Below, one piece after another: positions 40,961-52,974 of a stretch of 64,000 nt of DNA. The position numbers and the translations under genes are program-made. The notes beneath the pieces were generated by a model. The model ran no database searches, was not told where the DNA came from, and saw only the letters and a list, made by a program, of their open reading frames with translations. This DNA is from an uncultured Methanosarcinaceae archaeon (GTDB taxonomy: Archaea; Halobacteriota; Methanosarcinia; Methanosarcinales; Methanosarcinaceae), in NCBI GenBank assembly GCA_963833425.1, contig CAWHXP010000002.1, positions 96,001-160,000 on the forward strand, read 5' to 3'. How positions within the stretch are numbered: the first letter of the stretch is position 1; each line of letters starts with the position of its first letter.

Positions 40961-41411
40961 GTTTTTAGCGTTTTTCTTGATTCAATTTTGCACTTAAATT
41001 ATAATAGTTCCTAATCTAGTCAGTTCCAAAACTAATTATACAAATTAGAAAAATATCAAAAATTTATTAAAATTAATAAAGTTGCTGAGTTTGAAAATGA
41101 AAAGTTACTCAACTTATTGTATAAATAAAAACAATTTAAGGTTTGCATCTCCTCGAGTATGTACCATCATCGATTTAATTAATGAACCAGAAAAGAAAAA
41201 GATTCATTTACTTATTTTCTTAGTGCTTTGAAGCTCAAATTTTATAAAGAACCAGGTATTCGTATTTTTATTACTAAGAAAAACCTAAAGATAACATCCA
41301 AAGGTCTTCGAATAATATCAATCAAACAAGAACCAAAATGACTAAAAATCGGGAAAATTGTGACAGGCAAATTTCAGAAAGTATACAAAATATCCGGATT
41401 TAGTTTTCAAC

Positions 41412-42176
41412 TCAGGCAACCAAAAGGCGCATAATAATATAGTAAACCAAATCCCCTAAAACAACTGCAGTAATAAAGCCCGCTGTAATTGAGAGCATGA
41501 AAGGTATACAAGGCGTAACCCACACCTCTCTTTCAATAAACTCTTTTTTTATACACTCTTCAATTTTGGGTTTATGGTTCTCATCGAAGTCGAGTCTTGT
41601 CCAAACAAACTTTTTCTTAATTTCTCCTCTTCCACAAACCTCGAATTTCTCCAGTAAACTGAGATGTTCTTTATTTTCCATGGAATGCATATCGATCATG
41701 TACCCGATGAACATATAAAATGGCTTTTTCAGCATTTCAGGGGAGAAATGCAAGAGATTGTAACAGAACATTCCCAAAGGGACAATAGTAGTCATCAGGA
41801 GAGCATTTTCCAAGACAGTAAAAGTAAAAAGCCCTATTATAGGAGGGCCCAGTAGGGGATAGATCGCTCCCGATAAATTGAAGACAGGGTAAAAGGGGAA
41901 AAGAATTGAAAGTACTATCAGTCCTTTTGCATCCCCGCCTCCAATAGCTCCAACCTGAAAGAGAATATAAACAGAGACAAACACGATTATTCCAGAAAGA
42001 AACAGAGCTTTGAGATATGAGATCCCGCCTATTAAAATTTCATAAAATACGAGTACCGAACCAAAAATTATCATACACTTCCATACTTTGTTTGAGACAC
42101 TGCGGGTTTTTATGTCTGAATAACACGAATAAAGCAAAAAGGGAATCGTATAAAGTATTCTGATTACTTCGATCAT
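41412..42176 (-). CDS. A24-family prepilin/preflagellin peptidase (FlaK/PibD-like)
   Basis: SDIKTRSVSN, GGGDAKGL and VWVTPCIPFM; multiple TM helices. Confidence 0.9.
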   Translation of the reverse strand: MIEVIRILYTIPFLLYSCYSDIKTRSVSNKVWKCMIIFGSVLVFYEILIGGISYLKALFLSGIIVFVSVYILFQVGAIGGGDAKGLIVLSILFPFYPVFNLSGAIYPLLGPPIIGLFTFTVLENALLMTTIVPLGMFCYNLLHFSPEMLKKPFYMFIGYMIDMHSMENKEHLSLLEKFEVCGRGEIKKKFVWTRLDFDENHKPKIEECIKKEFIEREVWVTPCIPFMLSITAGFITAVVLGDLVYYIIMRLLVA

Positions 42177-42420
42177 TTCAACCCAACAATAGAATTATCT
42201 AGATAGGAATTCACATCATTACTTATTTACTTTATTAAAGAACATTTGCATAAAACTCTGATTTTTAAAAGCCATATTAGAATCCATTTATAAGCATGTA
42301 GCATAATTTAGGGATTTATCGAAATACCCTATGGTATTTAGATTTGCTCTGGTTCAGAATAACCATTCTTATTCGGTCCAAATTTTTGCTCAATAGTTGA
42401 CAAGAAAAAACTTTATCTAT

Positions 42421-43526
42421 AGAGAATTTCGATAACCTCCATGCTCTTGAGCATGGTTGGCTTTGAATTTGTCAATATTTATGTATATTCATGAAAACTC
42501 TGACTGATTTTGCTCTTAAAAAGAGTGTAAACTTCTTGAATCTGTTGGAGATAAGCTTGCTGAAATTGCTTCCTGAATTGATTGGAAAACGTTTCGTATT
42601 ATTCATGAGCCTATGTATATTAACAAACCCTTTTCAGGAGGGAGACCTGAAACTGATGTCATTGTGATGTTCAAAATGCTTGTTTTACAACAATGGCACA
42701 GGCTTTCTGATTTTGAACTTGAGAAACAGTGTATAGATTGAATTTCTTTTAGAAAATTCCTTGGATTTCCGGAATACATACCTGACAGTACTACTGTATG
42801 GCTATTTAGGGATAGAATTATCGAGAATTTCCAAGAAAATATGGGTAAAGTTGCAAAGCCAACTTGCTGCTCTGGGTTTACAGATAAAGCAGGGAATTAT
42901 TCAGGATGTTACTTTTATCCATTCAGATCCAGGACACGCAAAAGCAGAGAGATGAGGCAAAAACAAGAAGAAGCAGAGACGGAACATGGACAAAGAAGGA
43001 GGTAAGTCTCACTTTGGATATAAGCTTCATAATATAATAGACAGAGATTATGAGCTGATCAGAAGATTCAAAACAACAACTGCGTCAGTACATGATTCGT
43101 ATGTAGATATAACAGAGGATACTTTGGAGCAAAAACGAAAGGGTATAATGCAACAATGAAAAAAGCAGTCAAAGGAAATACGCTGGGAATAAAGGATATA
43201 TTAAGAAATAAGAGAATTAGCTCAAAAGGAGTTCCAGGGGGAAGAGTTTATTCAGTAACGAAAGAAATTTTCAAAGCAGGAAGATTTTTTGTTACTACTG
43301 TTAAAAGAGTAAATATAAAAATGTTGTGTACGGCTTTTTGTTATAATCTCCATCAATTGAGGACATTGAAAATAAAAAAAGTATATTGAAGATAGCGGAA
43401 GCTATCTTTAAAATCAAAGAATTGAGAATAAGTAAAGCCAAAAAGAGGAATTAAATAGAGAAATTGAGGGGAAGATATGAGAAATACCTGCTAAGAAATA
43501 AAATCCGAAGTTTATCGAAATTCTCT
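42421..43526 (+). mobile_element. IS5-family element, full length with frameshifted transposase
   Basis: TIRs AGAGAATTTCGATAA / TTATCGAAATTCTCT. Fragments GGRP, LQQWH.LSD, IQDVTFI, DGTW.K, HFGYKLH and FCYNL. Confidence 0.9.
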
Positions 43527-43724
43527 ATAAATTTTAATTCCATTTTTTTGCAACCTACTCTATAAAAAATTAAAAATTATAGAATTATTAAGTAGAAATT
43601 ATAAATGATCTAACTAAACATACTTTCTGCAGATGCACATGATAATTTCATCTATTTTTTTTCAATCTGAAAGTAGCTTAAAAATTGATCCAACTTCTAA
43701 TGAATAATAATGAATCAAAATTTC

Positions 43725-44325
43725 GCTGATGCGCCTCGTTGCTTGCAGTAGAGTACGTTCGCGACCCGTTCCTTAGATAGTTTTTTACTGAAAGTCAATT
43801 ATCTGCATTTGCTTATATGCTTACTTTTCTTCCTGATCTCACTAATTCTAAACGTAATTTGCTATTATGTAGGAAGTAGTTCCACCATCGACTGTTCCAA
43901 TATATCCATTATCACTCCATAGTTCTTCAACCCAAAGCTGTTTTTTAATTTTCAGGGTATTCTTTGAAGATTTTTCTGGCTGTTGTCCTTTGAATGATCC
44001 ACATCACTCTTGAAGGGGAATACTTTGGCTCCCGAACAAAAAGTTCACTTGATCATCATCGCAGCCAATTGCATCAAATTCAAAAGAGTATCTTTAGCCA
44101 ACCTCAGAGAATACGTTTTTTTACAAAATTGACTACATCATCATTTAAAAAGTTTTTACGATATTTCATACAATAAACGATGTGATATTTAATTTCATAG
44201 ACACAATTATTTGCATGTCTTAATTCCATTTACAGCAAAAGGTGATTAAGAATATAAATCAGTTATTTAACAAAGGTTATCGGGGAAGGTTCCATCCCAG
44301 CAGCAAGCTGCTGGGTACTCGAATG
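43725..44325 (-). mobile_element. tnpA: IS200/IS605 element with disrupted tnpA
   Basis: MELRHANNCVYEIKYHIV..KYR and KKQLWVEELWSD; subterminal hairpin CCCAGCAGC-AA-GCTGCTGGG at 44296-44315. Confidence 0.85.
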
Positions 44326-44399
44326 AAATAAATATTTGAATTATTTTTCTATAAAATTCGTGAAAAATTGATGAAATTTTTCTAAATATCTGAGCTAGT

Positions 44400-44670
44400 T
44401 GGTGAAGCACATTGGGGAATTAGATATTAAGCCAATACTGCAAGAATAAGACATCCTTAGACAAACTGGAAAATTGAGAAAATGGTTCAATACACATCAA
44501 AAGTTCAGATGCGAGTTTGAAATCGTGGAGAAATTAATTCAATGATACAACAGAAGCTTCACAGAGCCTTGAAAATTAAAGAACTGAATTATTAGAAAGT
44601 ACTTTTTAGAACAGATTACGAACGTAAGCAAAATTTTGAATATGAGTTAGATTTTTGGGTAGTGGATATC
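44400..44670 (+). mobile_element. IS481-family transposase 3' remnant
   Basis: TARIRHP*TN.KIE.WF.T..KFR.EFE..E..IQ*YN, resembling the PQTNGKIER motif. Confidence 0.6.
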
Positions 44671-44828
44671 TGAGAAAATTAAAAAGAAGTTTCAACACGA
44701 AATCGTTTCAGGATCAAACATAAACTACCAGTTGAATATTAAGTTTTATAGAATCCTCAATATTCTACTGGCTAATTAACAATCATGGGAAAAAGCCATA
44801 TTATGAAACTTCAAGTTGGCAGATAGTT

Positions 44829-46799
44829 TTATCCTGTCCTTGCAAACATGCGGTCCAGTTCACCTTTTTTAAAGGTTATGATAGTTGGCCTTCCATGGGG
44901 GCAAGAGTAGGGATTTTCAGCCTTTTTGAGCTGATCTATTAACTCTTTCATCTGTACGGAGTTGAAGGCTGCTCCACCTTTAATTGCTGTCCTACATGCC
45001 AGTATCTTACAAACTTTTTCTGAAATCCCCGTATCCTTTTTAACCTTTCCTGTAGCTAAAAGGTCAGAGACTACATCATGGATAAGTTTCGGATCCTCAA
45101 GTTGCCCAAAAATTTCGGGCACGAATGTTACTACATAGGTATTGTCCCCGAATTCCGAGATTCCAAAGCCGTACTCTTCAAGATAGGGAATATATTCTTC
45201 CATAAGCACTTTTTCCTTCGGGGTGAGATCTATAGTTATGGGTATTATAAGCTCCTGTACTCTGGATTTTTTAATTTTTAATACCTTCTCGTAAAGAATT
45301 CTCTCATGAGCTGCATGCTGATCAATAAGCACTAAATCTTCTCCTTTTTCGGCAAGGATATACATTTTTGAAACTTGACCGATTATCCGAAGATTTTCAA
45401 AGGATTCTGTATTTAGTTTTTGTTTTGGTTCTTGCATATTATGTTCAGTTTCTATTTCCATCTCTTCCCATACTACACTATCCCGCTCTTTTTCTCTAAG
45501 GGCCTCCAGTACTTCTCTTTCTCCAGCAAAATCCAGAAGATGTTCTGATTTTTTTAGCTTTCTTTCGGTATCTTTTACGGGATAAGTATAAGATTTGGCT
45601 ATTTCTTGAAAAATTTTATTACTGCTCTCAGAAACTTCATATTTTTTTGCAATCTCTGTTTCCGCCATCATTTTTTGGGAGGTTTTCTGAGTACGTGATA
45701 CCTGCAATCTTCCTGAAGAACCTAAAACTTTGAAAGTTTTTTGAAAACCCCTGCTCCTGTTTTCCACGATCTCTGGTGCGAGTCCATGTTCAGAGAGGAC
45801 CTTTTCAACAGCAGCTGTTACTGCATCCCCAAGCTCTTTTTCCCGGCTAAAACGAACCTCTGCTTTTCGGGGATGAACATTGACATCCACTTCTCTTGGA
45901 TCAAGAATAAAGAAGAGTACTGCAACAGGATAACGTCCTTTTGGAATTTTGGTATAGTATCCCAAGCGTATAGCTGTAGTGATGGCTCTTGAAGATACAG
46001 GGCGCGTATTTACGAAAAGAAAAATCTGGTCACTTTCTGCCCTGCTAGCTTCTGGTTTAGAGATGTAACCTCGGATTTCAAAGCCTTCGATCCTATGTTC
46101 CAAAGGAAGCAGCGAGCGAGCGATGTCTGGACCCAGAACATTGACAATACAATTGAAAAGATCGCTTGATCCCATTTTTTGAAGGACTGTTTTCCTTTCA
46201 CTGAGGAGTGTAAAAGAAATATTCATATTTGCCAGGGCAAGCTGCGTGACTATATCTACAATATAGGCAAGTTCCATACGATCACTTTTGAGGTATTTGC
46301 ACCTTGCAGGCGTATTATAAAAGAGATCCTTTACACGTACTGAGGTGCCTGGAGCAGTGCCTACATCTGAGGTTTCAAGTACTTTTCCACCATGGATAAC
46401 TATCTTCGTGCCCGTGATTTCTTTTGAGGGACGGGTAAGGATTTCCATCTTTGCAACAGATGAGATCGAAGAAAGAGCTTCTCCCCTGAAGCCCATTGTC
46501 GATATAGTATCAAGATCCGCTATATTAGTAAGTTTGCTTGTTGCATGTTTTTTGTATGCAATCAGTGCGTCTGCCCTGTTCATCCCGCACCCATTGTCCC
46601 GAATAAGAATTGAATTTTTACCACCTTTCTCAACTTCAATCCGAATATCGTTAGCTTCTGCGTCGATTGAATTATCTATAAGCTCCTTCACCACGGATGC
46701 CGGGCGTTCGATTACTTCTCCTGCTGCGATTTTGTTTATCGTATCCTGATCAAGGATTCGAATCTTATTTCCCAGCGCTTCAATATATTCTTCCATCAT
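44829..46799 (-). CDS. mutL: DNA mismatch repair protein MutL
   Basis: KIAAGEVIERPASVVKEL, GFRGEAL, DQHAAHERILYE and CPHGRP. Confidence 0.97.
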   Translation of the reverse strand: MMEEYIEALGNKIRILDQDTINKIAAGEVIERPASVVKELIDNSIDAEANDIRIEVEKGGKNSILIRDNGCGMNRADALIAYKKHATSKLTNIADLDTISTMGFRGEALSSISSVAKMEILTRPSKEITGTKIVIHGGKVLETSDVGTAPGTSVRVKDLFYNTPARCKYLKSDRMELAYIVDIVTQLALANMNISFTLLSERKTVLQKMGSSDLFNCIVNVLGPDIARSLLPLEHRIEGFEIRGYISKPEASRAESDQIFLFVNTRPVSSRAITTAIRLGYYTKIPKGRYPVAVLFFILDPREVDVNVHPRKAEVRFSREKELGDAVTAAVEKVLSEHGLAPEIVENRSRGFQKTFKVLGSSGRLQVSRTQKTSQKMMAETEIAKKYEVSESSNKIFQEIAKSYTYPVKDTERKLKKSEHLLDFAGEREVLEALREKERDSVVWEEMEIETEHNMQEPKQKLNTESFENLRIIGQVSKMYILAEKGEDLVLIDQHAAHERILYEKVLKIKKSRVQELIIPITIDLTPKEKVLMEEYIPYLEEYGFGISEFGDNTYVVTFVPEIFGQLEDPKLIHDVVSDLLATGKVKKDTGISEKVCKILACRTAIKGGAAFNSVQMKELIDQLKKAENPYSCPHGRPTIITFKKGELDRMFARTG

Positions 46800-47019
46800 T
46801 CCTTTACTCCATCAAAAACCAGAAAAATATACTTCAAACATATTTTAAAATATCAAAATACCCTTTGATCCGACATTTCACAAATGTACACAGATGTATA
46901 ATTTTTTGCCTCTTTTCCCCCATAATTCATTGAAAGTTAGATTACTTTTCAAGCTACTTTCAGATTGAGGAAATTGTGGAATTCTGATGTAAATACGCAG
47001 AGAGTGAGTTTGACACTCC

Positions 47020-49740
47020 TTAATCTAGAAGCTTTTTTAGTTCATGGAGTTTATTCAGAGCTTCTATTGGCGTCATTTCTTCAACATTCAATATTCTCAT
47101 GGCTGCTTCCACAGGACCAGGCCTTTTTAAAGCATCGAATTTATTTACTTGTGCCGGAATTCCTTCGTGACTTCCAGGATCAAAAAGCATCATCTGAGTA
47201 TATCGTGCAATTGCTTTACTTTTTTTCATTTTCCTTTTATCGCTGTCTTCGGCTTCCTTAAAAACGTTTTCCCTTTCAATTTCCTCAAGAATCTCATTTG
47301 CTCTTTCGATTACCTTTTCCGGTACACCCGCAAGCCTTGCAACATGAATCCCGTAACTCTTGTCCGTTGCTCCGGGTACGATTTTTCTCAGAAAGACAAG
47401 TTCATGACCTTTTTCGGTTACTGCGATATGATAATTTTTGACCCTTTTCAACTTCTCCTCAAGGGCTGTGAGCTGGTGGTAATGAGTTGCAAATAGAGCC
47501 CTTACTCCAACCTTTCCTCTATTATGCAGAAACTCTACAACAGATTTTGCAATGCTATATCCATCATAAGTACTCGTTCCCCTCCCTATTTCGTCAAGAA
47601 GTACGAGGCTTTTAGAGCTTGCATTGTTCAGGATATTTGCAAGCTCTATCATCTCTACCATGAAAGTGCTCTGCCCGTTTGCGAGGTCGTCAAAGGCTCC
47701 TATTCTTGTAAAAATCTGGTCAATAATCCCTACAGAGGCATGAGATGCAGGAACAAAAGAGCCTGCTTGAGCCATGATAGCTATAAGTGCAATCTGGCGC
47801 ATGTAAGTAGACTTCCCAGCCATATTCGGGCCCGTAACTAGCAAAAACTGATTTTCTTTGCAATCCATTTCCGTGTCGTTAGGGACAAAACCCATTGGAA
47901 TTACATTTTCAATGACAGGATGCCTCCCATCCCGAATGAGAATCTTGCAATCTTCTGTAAGCTGAGGCCTAGTATAGTTGCTATTTCCTGCTACTTCAGC
48001 GAGGGCTGAAAGAGCATCCAGAGTTCCTATTCTTCCGGCTGTTTCCTGGAGTTCTTTAGAACTTACTGAAAGAGTCTGCGTAATTATCGTAAAGATTTCA
48101 TATTCTAGAGCCATAGCTTTTTCATTGGCTGTAAGGATCAGACTCTCTTTTTCTTTGAGCTCAGGTGTAAAAAAACGCTCTGCATTTGCTATTGTCTGCT
48201 TTCTAATATAATCTTCAGGCACCTGGTTGCAGTTGACATTGGTTACTTCAATATAATAGCCAAAAACCTTATTATATCCAACTTTCAGGGACTTAATCCC
48301 ACTTCTCTCTTTTTCCTTCTGCTGAAAATCCGCAATCCACTGTTTGCTGTTTCTGGCAATATTCCGGAGCTCGTCGAGTTCTGCGTTATATCCTGGTTTT
48401 ATCATTCCGCCTTCCCTGACTGATACTGGAGGCTCTTCAACTATTGCTTTTTCTATCATTTCAGCCAGATTTTCGAGCTCTGAAAAAGATGCAAGTCCTT
48501 CAGCAATTTCTTTCAACAATTTTACTTCCTTTTTTTCCATCAAACAGTCCCGAATAGGAGATACGGCATTAAGGGACTTTTTCAGAGCTACAAGATCTCT
48601 TGAGTTTGCATTTCCATATACAACTCTTCCTACGAGACGTTCTATGTCTCTTACCTCGGACAGCCATTTTCGAATATCGTAACGGATCAAGGGATCTGAT
48701 ACTAGCTCCTCGACAACATCGAGTCGAAAGTTGATTTTTTCTATGGATAACAAGGGTTTTGAAAGCCACTTTTTAATTATACGGCTTCCCATATGTGTTT
48801 TTGTACAGTTTAGAATTTTGTAAAGAGAATTTTTGTCTCCCCCATCCCTAACATTTTTTATAATTTCGAGATTGTGCAGGGTTATTGAGTCAAGAATCAT
48901 AAATTCGGAGTTCAAGTATGTCTTCAAAGTGTTTATATGAACAAGGTCCCTCATTTGTGTATTCTGTGCATATTCCAAAGCAGCCCATGCAGAACATACT
49001 GCAAAATCTAGTTTTTCACAGCCCATCCCTTCAAGAGTTGCAACCTTGAAATGAGCTTTCAGCTTTTCTCCAGCTTCCTCTGCTTCTGAGATTTCAGGAA
49101 CAAATTCCTGAATAATAGTTTGATCTTTCAGTTTATCTGTGAGTTCTGAATTCCCATGAAGTGAAGGGGGCAAAATACATTCTGCAGGGCTCATACGGAC
49201 AAATTCGCTAAGTAATTTCTCAAAGCTTTCAGAGTCTCTAAATTGAGTTGTAAGAAATTCTCCTGTAGAAATATCCAGGAAGGAGACTCCGATTTCTATT
49301 TCCTTTTTTGTATTTTTCCCAGATATTCCAACTTCTCTCCCTGCAACTGCCATCAAGTAATTATTCGAAGCATCCGAAAACATTGAAGAATCAATTACTG
49401 TACCAGGGGTAACTATCCTGACCACCCCTCTCTTTACAACTCCTTTCGCCTGCTTTGGATCTTCGAGCTGTTCGCAGATAGCTACCTTGTATCCTTTGTT
49501 TATGAGCTTTGGCAAGTAAGTGTCGATAGCATGGTAAGGGATTCCTGCAAGCGGCATTCTGTCCCCTGTCCTATCTTTTCCCCGAGCTGTCAGTGTTATT
49601 TCAAGTTCTTTGGATATGGTTTTTGCGTCTTCCCCAAAGGACTCATAGAAATCTCCCATTCGAAAAAAAACAAGTGTATCAGGGTATGCCTGCTTGGCTT
49701 CGTAATACTGACGCATTGCAGGGGTCATCATTTCAGTCAT
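47020..49740 (-). CDS. mutS: DNA mismatch repair protein MutS
   Basis: FFRMGDFYE, TGPNMAGKSTY, STFMVEM, DEIGRGTST and SYGIHVA. Confidence 0.97.
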   Translation of the reverse strand: MTEMMTPAMRQYYEAKQAYPDTLVFFRMGDFYESFGEDAKTISKELEITLTARGKDRTGDRMPLAGIPYHAIDTYLPKLINKGYKVAICEQLEDPKQAKGVVKRGVVRIVTPGTVIDSSMFSDASNNYLMAVAGREVGISGKNTKKEIEIGVSFLDISTGEFLTTQFRDSESFEKLLSEFVRMSPAECILPPSLHGNSELTDKLKDQTIIQEFVPEISEAEEAGEKLKAHFKVATLEGMGCEKLDFAVCSAWAALEYAQNTQMRDLVHINTLKTYLNSEFMILDSITLHNLEIIKNVRDGGDKNSLYKILNCTKTHMGSRIIKKWLSKPLLSIEKINFRLDVVEELVSDPLIRYDIRKWLSEVRDIERLVGRVVYGNANSRDLVALKKSLNAVSPIRDCLMEKKEVKLLKEIAEGLASFSELENLAEMIEKAIVEEPPVSVREGGMIKPGYNAELDELRNIARNSKQWIADFQQKEKERSGIKSLKVGYNKVFGYYIEVTNVNCNQVPEDYIRKQTIANAERFFTPELKEKESLILTANEKAMALEYEIFTIITQTLSVSSKELQETAGRIGTLDALSALAEVAGNSNYTRPQLTEDCKILIRDGRHPVIENVIPMGFVPNDTEMDCKENQFLLVTGPNMAGKSTYMRQIALIAIMAQAGSFVPASHASVGIIDQIFTRIGAFDDLANGQSTFMVEMIELANILNNASSKSLVLLDEIGRGTSTYDGYSIAKSVVEFLHNRGKVGVRALFATHYHQLTALEEKLKRVKNYHIAVTEKGHELVFLRKIVPGATDKSYGIHVARLAGVPEKVIERANEILEEIERENVFKEAEDSDKRKMKKSKAIARYTQMMLFDPGSHEGIPAQVNKFDALKRPGPVEAAMRILNVEEMTPIEALNKLHELKKLLD

Positions 49741-50219
49741 TTGTTATCTCACTGTAAGCTGTTGAGCGTTTTAGTTTAAAATGAATCTGTGTGTAGTTAC
49801 TTGGACATGTTATAGGGTGTGATTATATAAGCCGATTGATTTTTTCGCGTTTCAAGTTCCTTAAAAAGGATATCCTCATCTTAAATTATCTTTCTATATA
49901 TGATTAACAAATAGATACTTTAAGTCATGTCGTAGGGAGAAACTAATATTAATCGAGGAAAAATAATTGAAGTCTTCTTTACCGCTTGAATACTGATTAA
50001 TATACTACGAATTTGGTAAGTATGTAGGTACATTCCACCACTGCAAAAAATCCGGGCACTCAGCAGCTTTTTTGTATAGATTCATAGGAAGTAGTCGAAA
50101 AAAATACGGAAAAGTATAAGTTTGAAAGAGCTAATGAATCGGCATGAACTTAAACATGTTTACTAAAATATTTTTCTTTAAATACATTGTTTTGGTCTTT
50201 TAAGTTTTGTGGGAAAACT

Positions 50220-50699
50220 CGATCTTGATGGAGATGAATGATTGAGTTCAAGGTATCTAAGTTTTTTTATACATGGTTTCAGTCCTTCAAGTTTATTTGG
50301 GAAAACTCAATCTTTAATGTAGCTTGGGGATTTATCCCAGGGCTTCCGAGTATTTTGAATCAGCATTTTTCCTGCTATCATACTAGTACTTTGACATTTC
50401 ACTCCAAATTTGACATATTTTACCTACTGATACAGTAGTTCTTGACAATAAATACAATGATTACTTCAACTTCAGGTCTGCCCCAGAGACTGTTTTGTTA
50501 AAATATATAGACTCAAAAATGATACTAAAAGATTTCCAATCAATTAAGGAATCAATTTTAATAAGTTTGTCTCCAAATTATTGAAGAAATATATATATCT
50601 TAAAGAGCAAATCAGTAATATTTTTCATGATTAAAATTTATTGTTAATAGATTTAAACTCTACAATACTCAAATTGATATGATTTTATCGAAATTCTCT
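50220..50699 (-). mobile_element. IS5-family left-end remnant
   Basis: TIR TTATCGAAATTCTCT at 50685-50699; degraded MKNITD.. and GRPEVEVIIV on the minus strand. Confidence 0.7.
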
Positions 50700-50880
50700 A
50701 AAGAATGAAAATATGGTTTTAAAATTAAATAGTGGCATTTTGAGGTATAGGATTATCTCTTATCATCACAAAATAACGCTTTAAATATCTTCAATTTACT
50801 ATCAACCATTTTGTGAGGCATATTTGATAAAATAATTTTTTTTAGTATATGAAATCTCTGTATTCAAGGAAGTTTTTTCC

Positions 50881-51636
50881 ATGGAACTTGAAAAAATTAT
50901 AGAAATTCTTGAACAAATTGCACCACTTGAACTTGCTGACGATTTTGACGAAGGCAAGATTGGATTAATTCTTGGCCTGAAAAATGATATAGAAAAGATT
51001 GCAGTTGCTCTTGATGCTAATTCCTACGTTCTTAAAAAAGCCGCCGAAGTGAGAGCAGATTTATTGATCACTCACCACACTCTTATCTTCCATCCTATTA
51101 ACAAAATTTCAAAATCACTAGCTTCTTCTCTTAAGCTTGCCTTTGAAAATGGAATATCTCTTTACAGCATGCACACAAATTATGACAGGGCAAAAGAAGG
51201 TATTAATGGTACCCTTGCGGTAAAGATTGGGCTCCAAAATTGCGAAACTATAGAAATAGGTATAATAGGGGAAGTAGAACCTTGTTCTTCAGCTAAATTG
51301 GCATCCCACATATCAGAATGTCTGCAGACTCCTGTAGTGTATGCCGGAGAAAGGGAAGGGATCAGGCGGGTTATGGTTATTGGAGGTAGTGGTTTCAAGA
51401 GTGAATTTCTTGAAATTGGCAGAGCAAACGGAATTGATGCTTTTATATCTTCCGAACTTAAGCATGAGGTTCTTCGAGCCTACGAGAATATCTGCCTAAT
51501 TGACGCTACTCACTATGCCACGGAAAGCCCGGGAATGGAGGCTTTATGCCTAAGGCTGCGTGAACTTCTTGAAATTGAGGTTGAGTTCATTGAACAGCCC
51601 TCTGGACTAAAGACAATCGATAGAACATGTCCATGA
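50881..51636 (+). CDS. Nif3-like dinuclear metal center protein
   Basis: APLELA..D..GL, LLITHH, HTNYD and DATHYATE. Confidence 0.93.
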   Translation: MELEKIIEILEQIAPLELADDFDEGKIGLILGLKNDIEKIAVALDANSYVLKKAAEVRADLLITHHTLIFHPINKISKSLASSLKLAFENGISLYSMHTNYDRAKEGINGTLAVKIGLQNCETIEIGIIGEVEPCSSAKLASHISECLQTPVVYAGEREGIRRVMVIGGSGFKSEFLEIGRANGIDAFISSELKHEVLRAYENICLIDATHYATESPGMEALCLRLRELLEIEVEFIEQPSGLKTIDRTCP

Positions 51637-51862
51637 TGACTGCGGTATCCAAAAACGATATTATTAACAGTTTATTTTTTGTGAGGATATCTGCAGAAAG
51701 TAGGTTGCAATGTATCCATTAGGACCACCCACATTGATGGAAAAGCTTGAGAAGAAAAGCTTGAGAAGTTCCCTCGAAAAAAAAATCAAAATTAAATAAT
51801 AATCTCATATAAAAGTTAAAATAAACTAAGATCCTAAATAAAAATTAGATGATGATGAGATT

Positions 51863-52974
51863 TCAATTCCCAGGATTTCGATTAAACTCGTAGTTGCACC
51901 TGATACCCTCGAGATCAAAACATAGATTACAAGATGCACAAATTGCCTTATTATCTTTTTCAGACTTAAGTTTCAAAACTAGATCGGGCTCGCAGATGAA
52001 TGGCCTGCTCATGAAAACTAAATCTGCATATCCTTCTTCAAGCAGACTCTCCATTACAGAAAGAGATCGGATACCCCCTACAAGCATTACAGGGATATTT
52101 ACTGCTTTTTTTATTGCTTTAGAATATTCTCCAAAATATGCCTCTTCAGCAGGAGAGTTAATTGCGGTTCTTACGGTTACTCTACCTGCCTCACTTATCC
52201 CTCCGCTAACCTTGATTGCACATACTCCAGTTTTCTCTAGAAGTTTTGCAGTCTCCACAACCTGTGAAACATCATTCCCGAGATCTGCTTTTTGAAAGCC
52301 AGGATGGAAACCATCGGTTGCATTCAATTTGACGAGAATTGGGAAATTAGCTCCAGTTTGTTCTTTTATTTGTCTGACAATCTCCGTGACCATTCTTGCC
52401 CGATTTTCAACTGAGCTCCCCCAACTGTCAGTTCTTCTATTTGTATATGGAGAAATGAAATTACATAATAGGAAACCATGGGCACAATGAAGCTGTACTC
52501 CGTCGAAGCCAGCTTTTTTTGCCCGAATAGCTCCTTTTGTAAAGGCATCAATTACTTCAAGGATTTCCTGTTCGGTTATTTCCCTAGGCACAACTGTAGA
52601 AAGTTAGTCTTTAATTTTCGAAGGAGCTATAGGAACTGGATATTCATCAGAAATTGTTGCTTGCCTCCCTCCATACACGATCTAGAGTATGATTTTGCTT
52701 TTGTATCTGTGTACTATCTCGGTTATCTTCACGTAAGGTTCAATAAAATAATCATCATAGATACCCTGCTGATAAATAATACTCTACTCACCAGGAAGTA
52801 CATAAGAAAATCCTGTTATAATCAACCCGACTTCATTTTTTGCAAGCTCCTCATAAAGTCTCCAAGTCTGGAAGTGGGTTTCCTGTCTTCTTCAGCCATG
52901 GATTCATTTGTTGCAGACCTAACTACACGATTAAGAAGATCTAGGTTGCAGACTGTGATAGGATCAAAAATCAT
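51863..52974 (-). pseudogene. NADH:flavin oxidoreductase (old yellow enzyme family) pseudogene
   Basis: NRVVRSATNE, GLIITG, AGFDGVQLHCAHG and N.RTD.WG..ENR. TAG at 52682-52684, a TAA near 52604 and a frameshift near 52860. Confidence 0.88.

Noticed and set aside
45078..49779. Antisense ORFs within mutL/mutS (and similar ones in hel308, rli, hisD, modBC)
   Set aside because: They are shadow ORFs of well-supported genes.
52682..52684. In-frame TAG in the OYE gene (also the TAG at 5386-5388 in Cdc6) as pyrrolysine read-through
   Set aside because: Both genes carry additional stops or frameshifts, so ordinary decay explains them.
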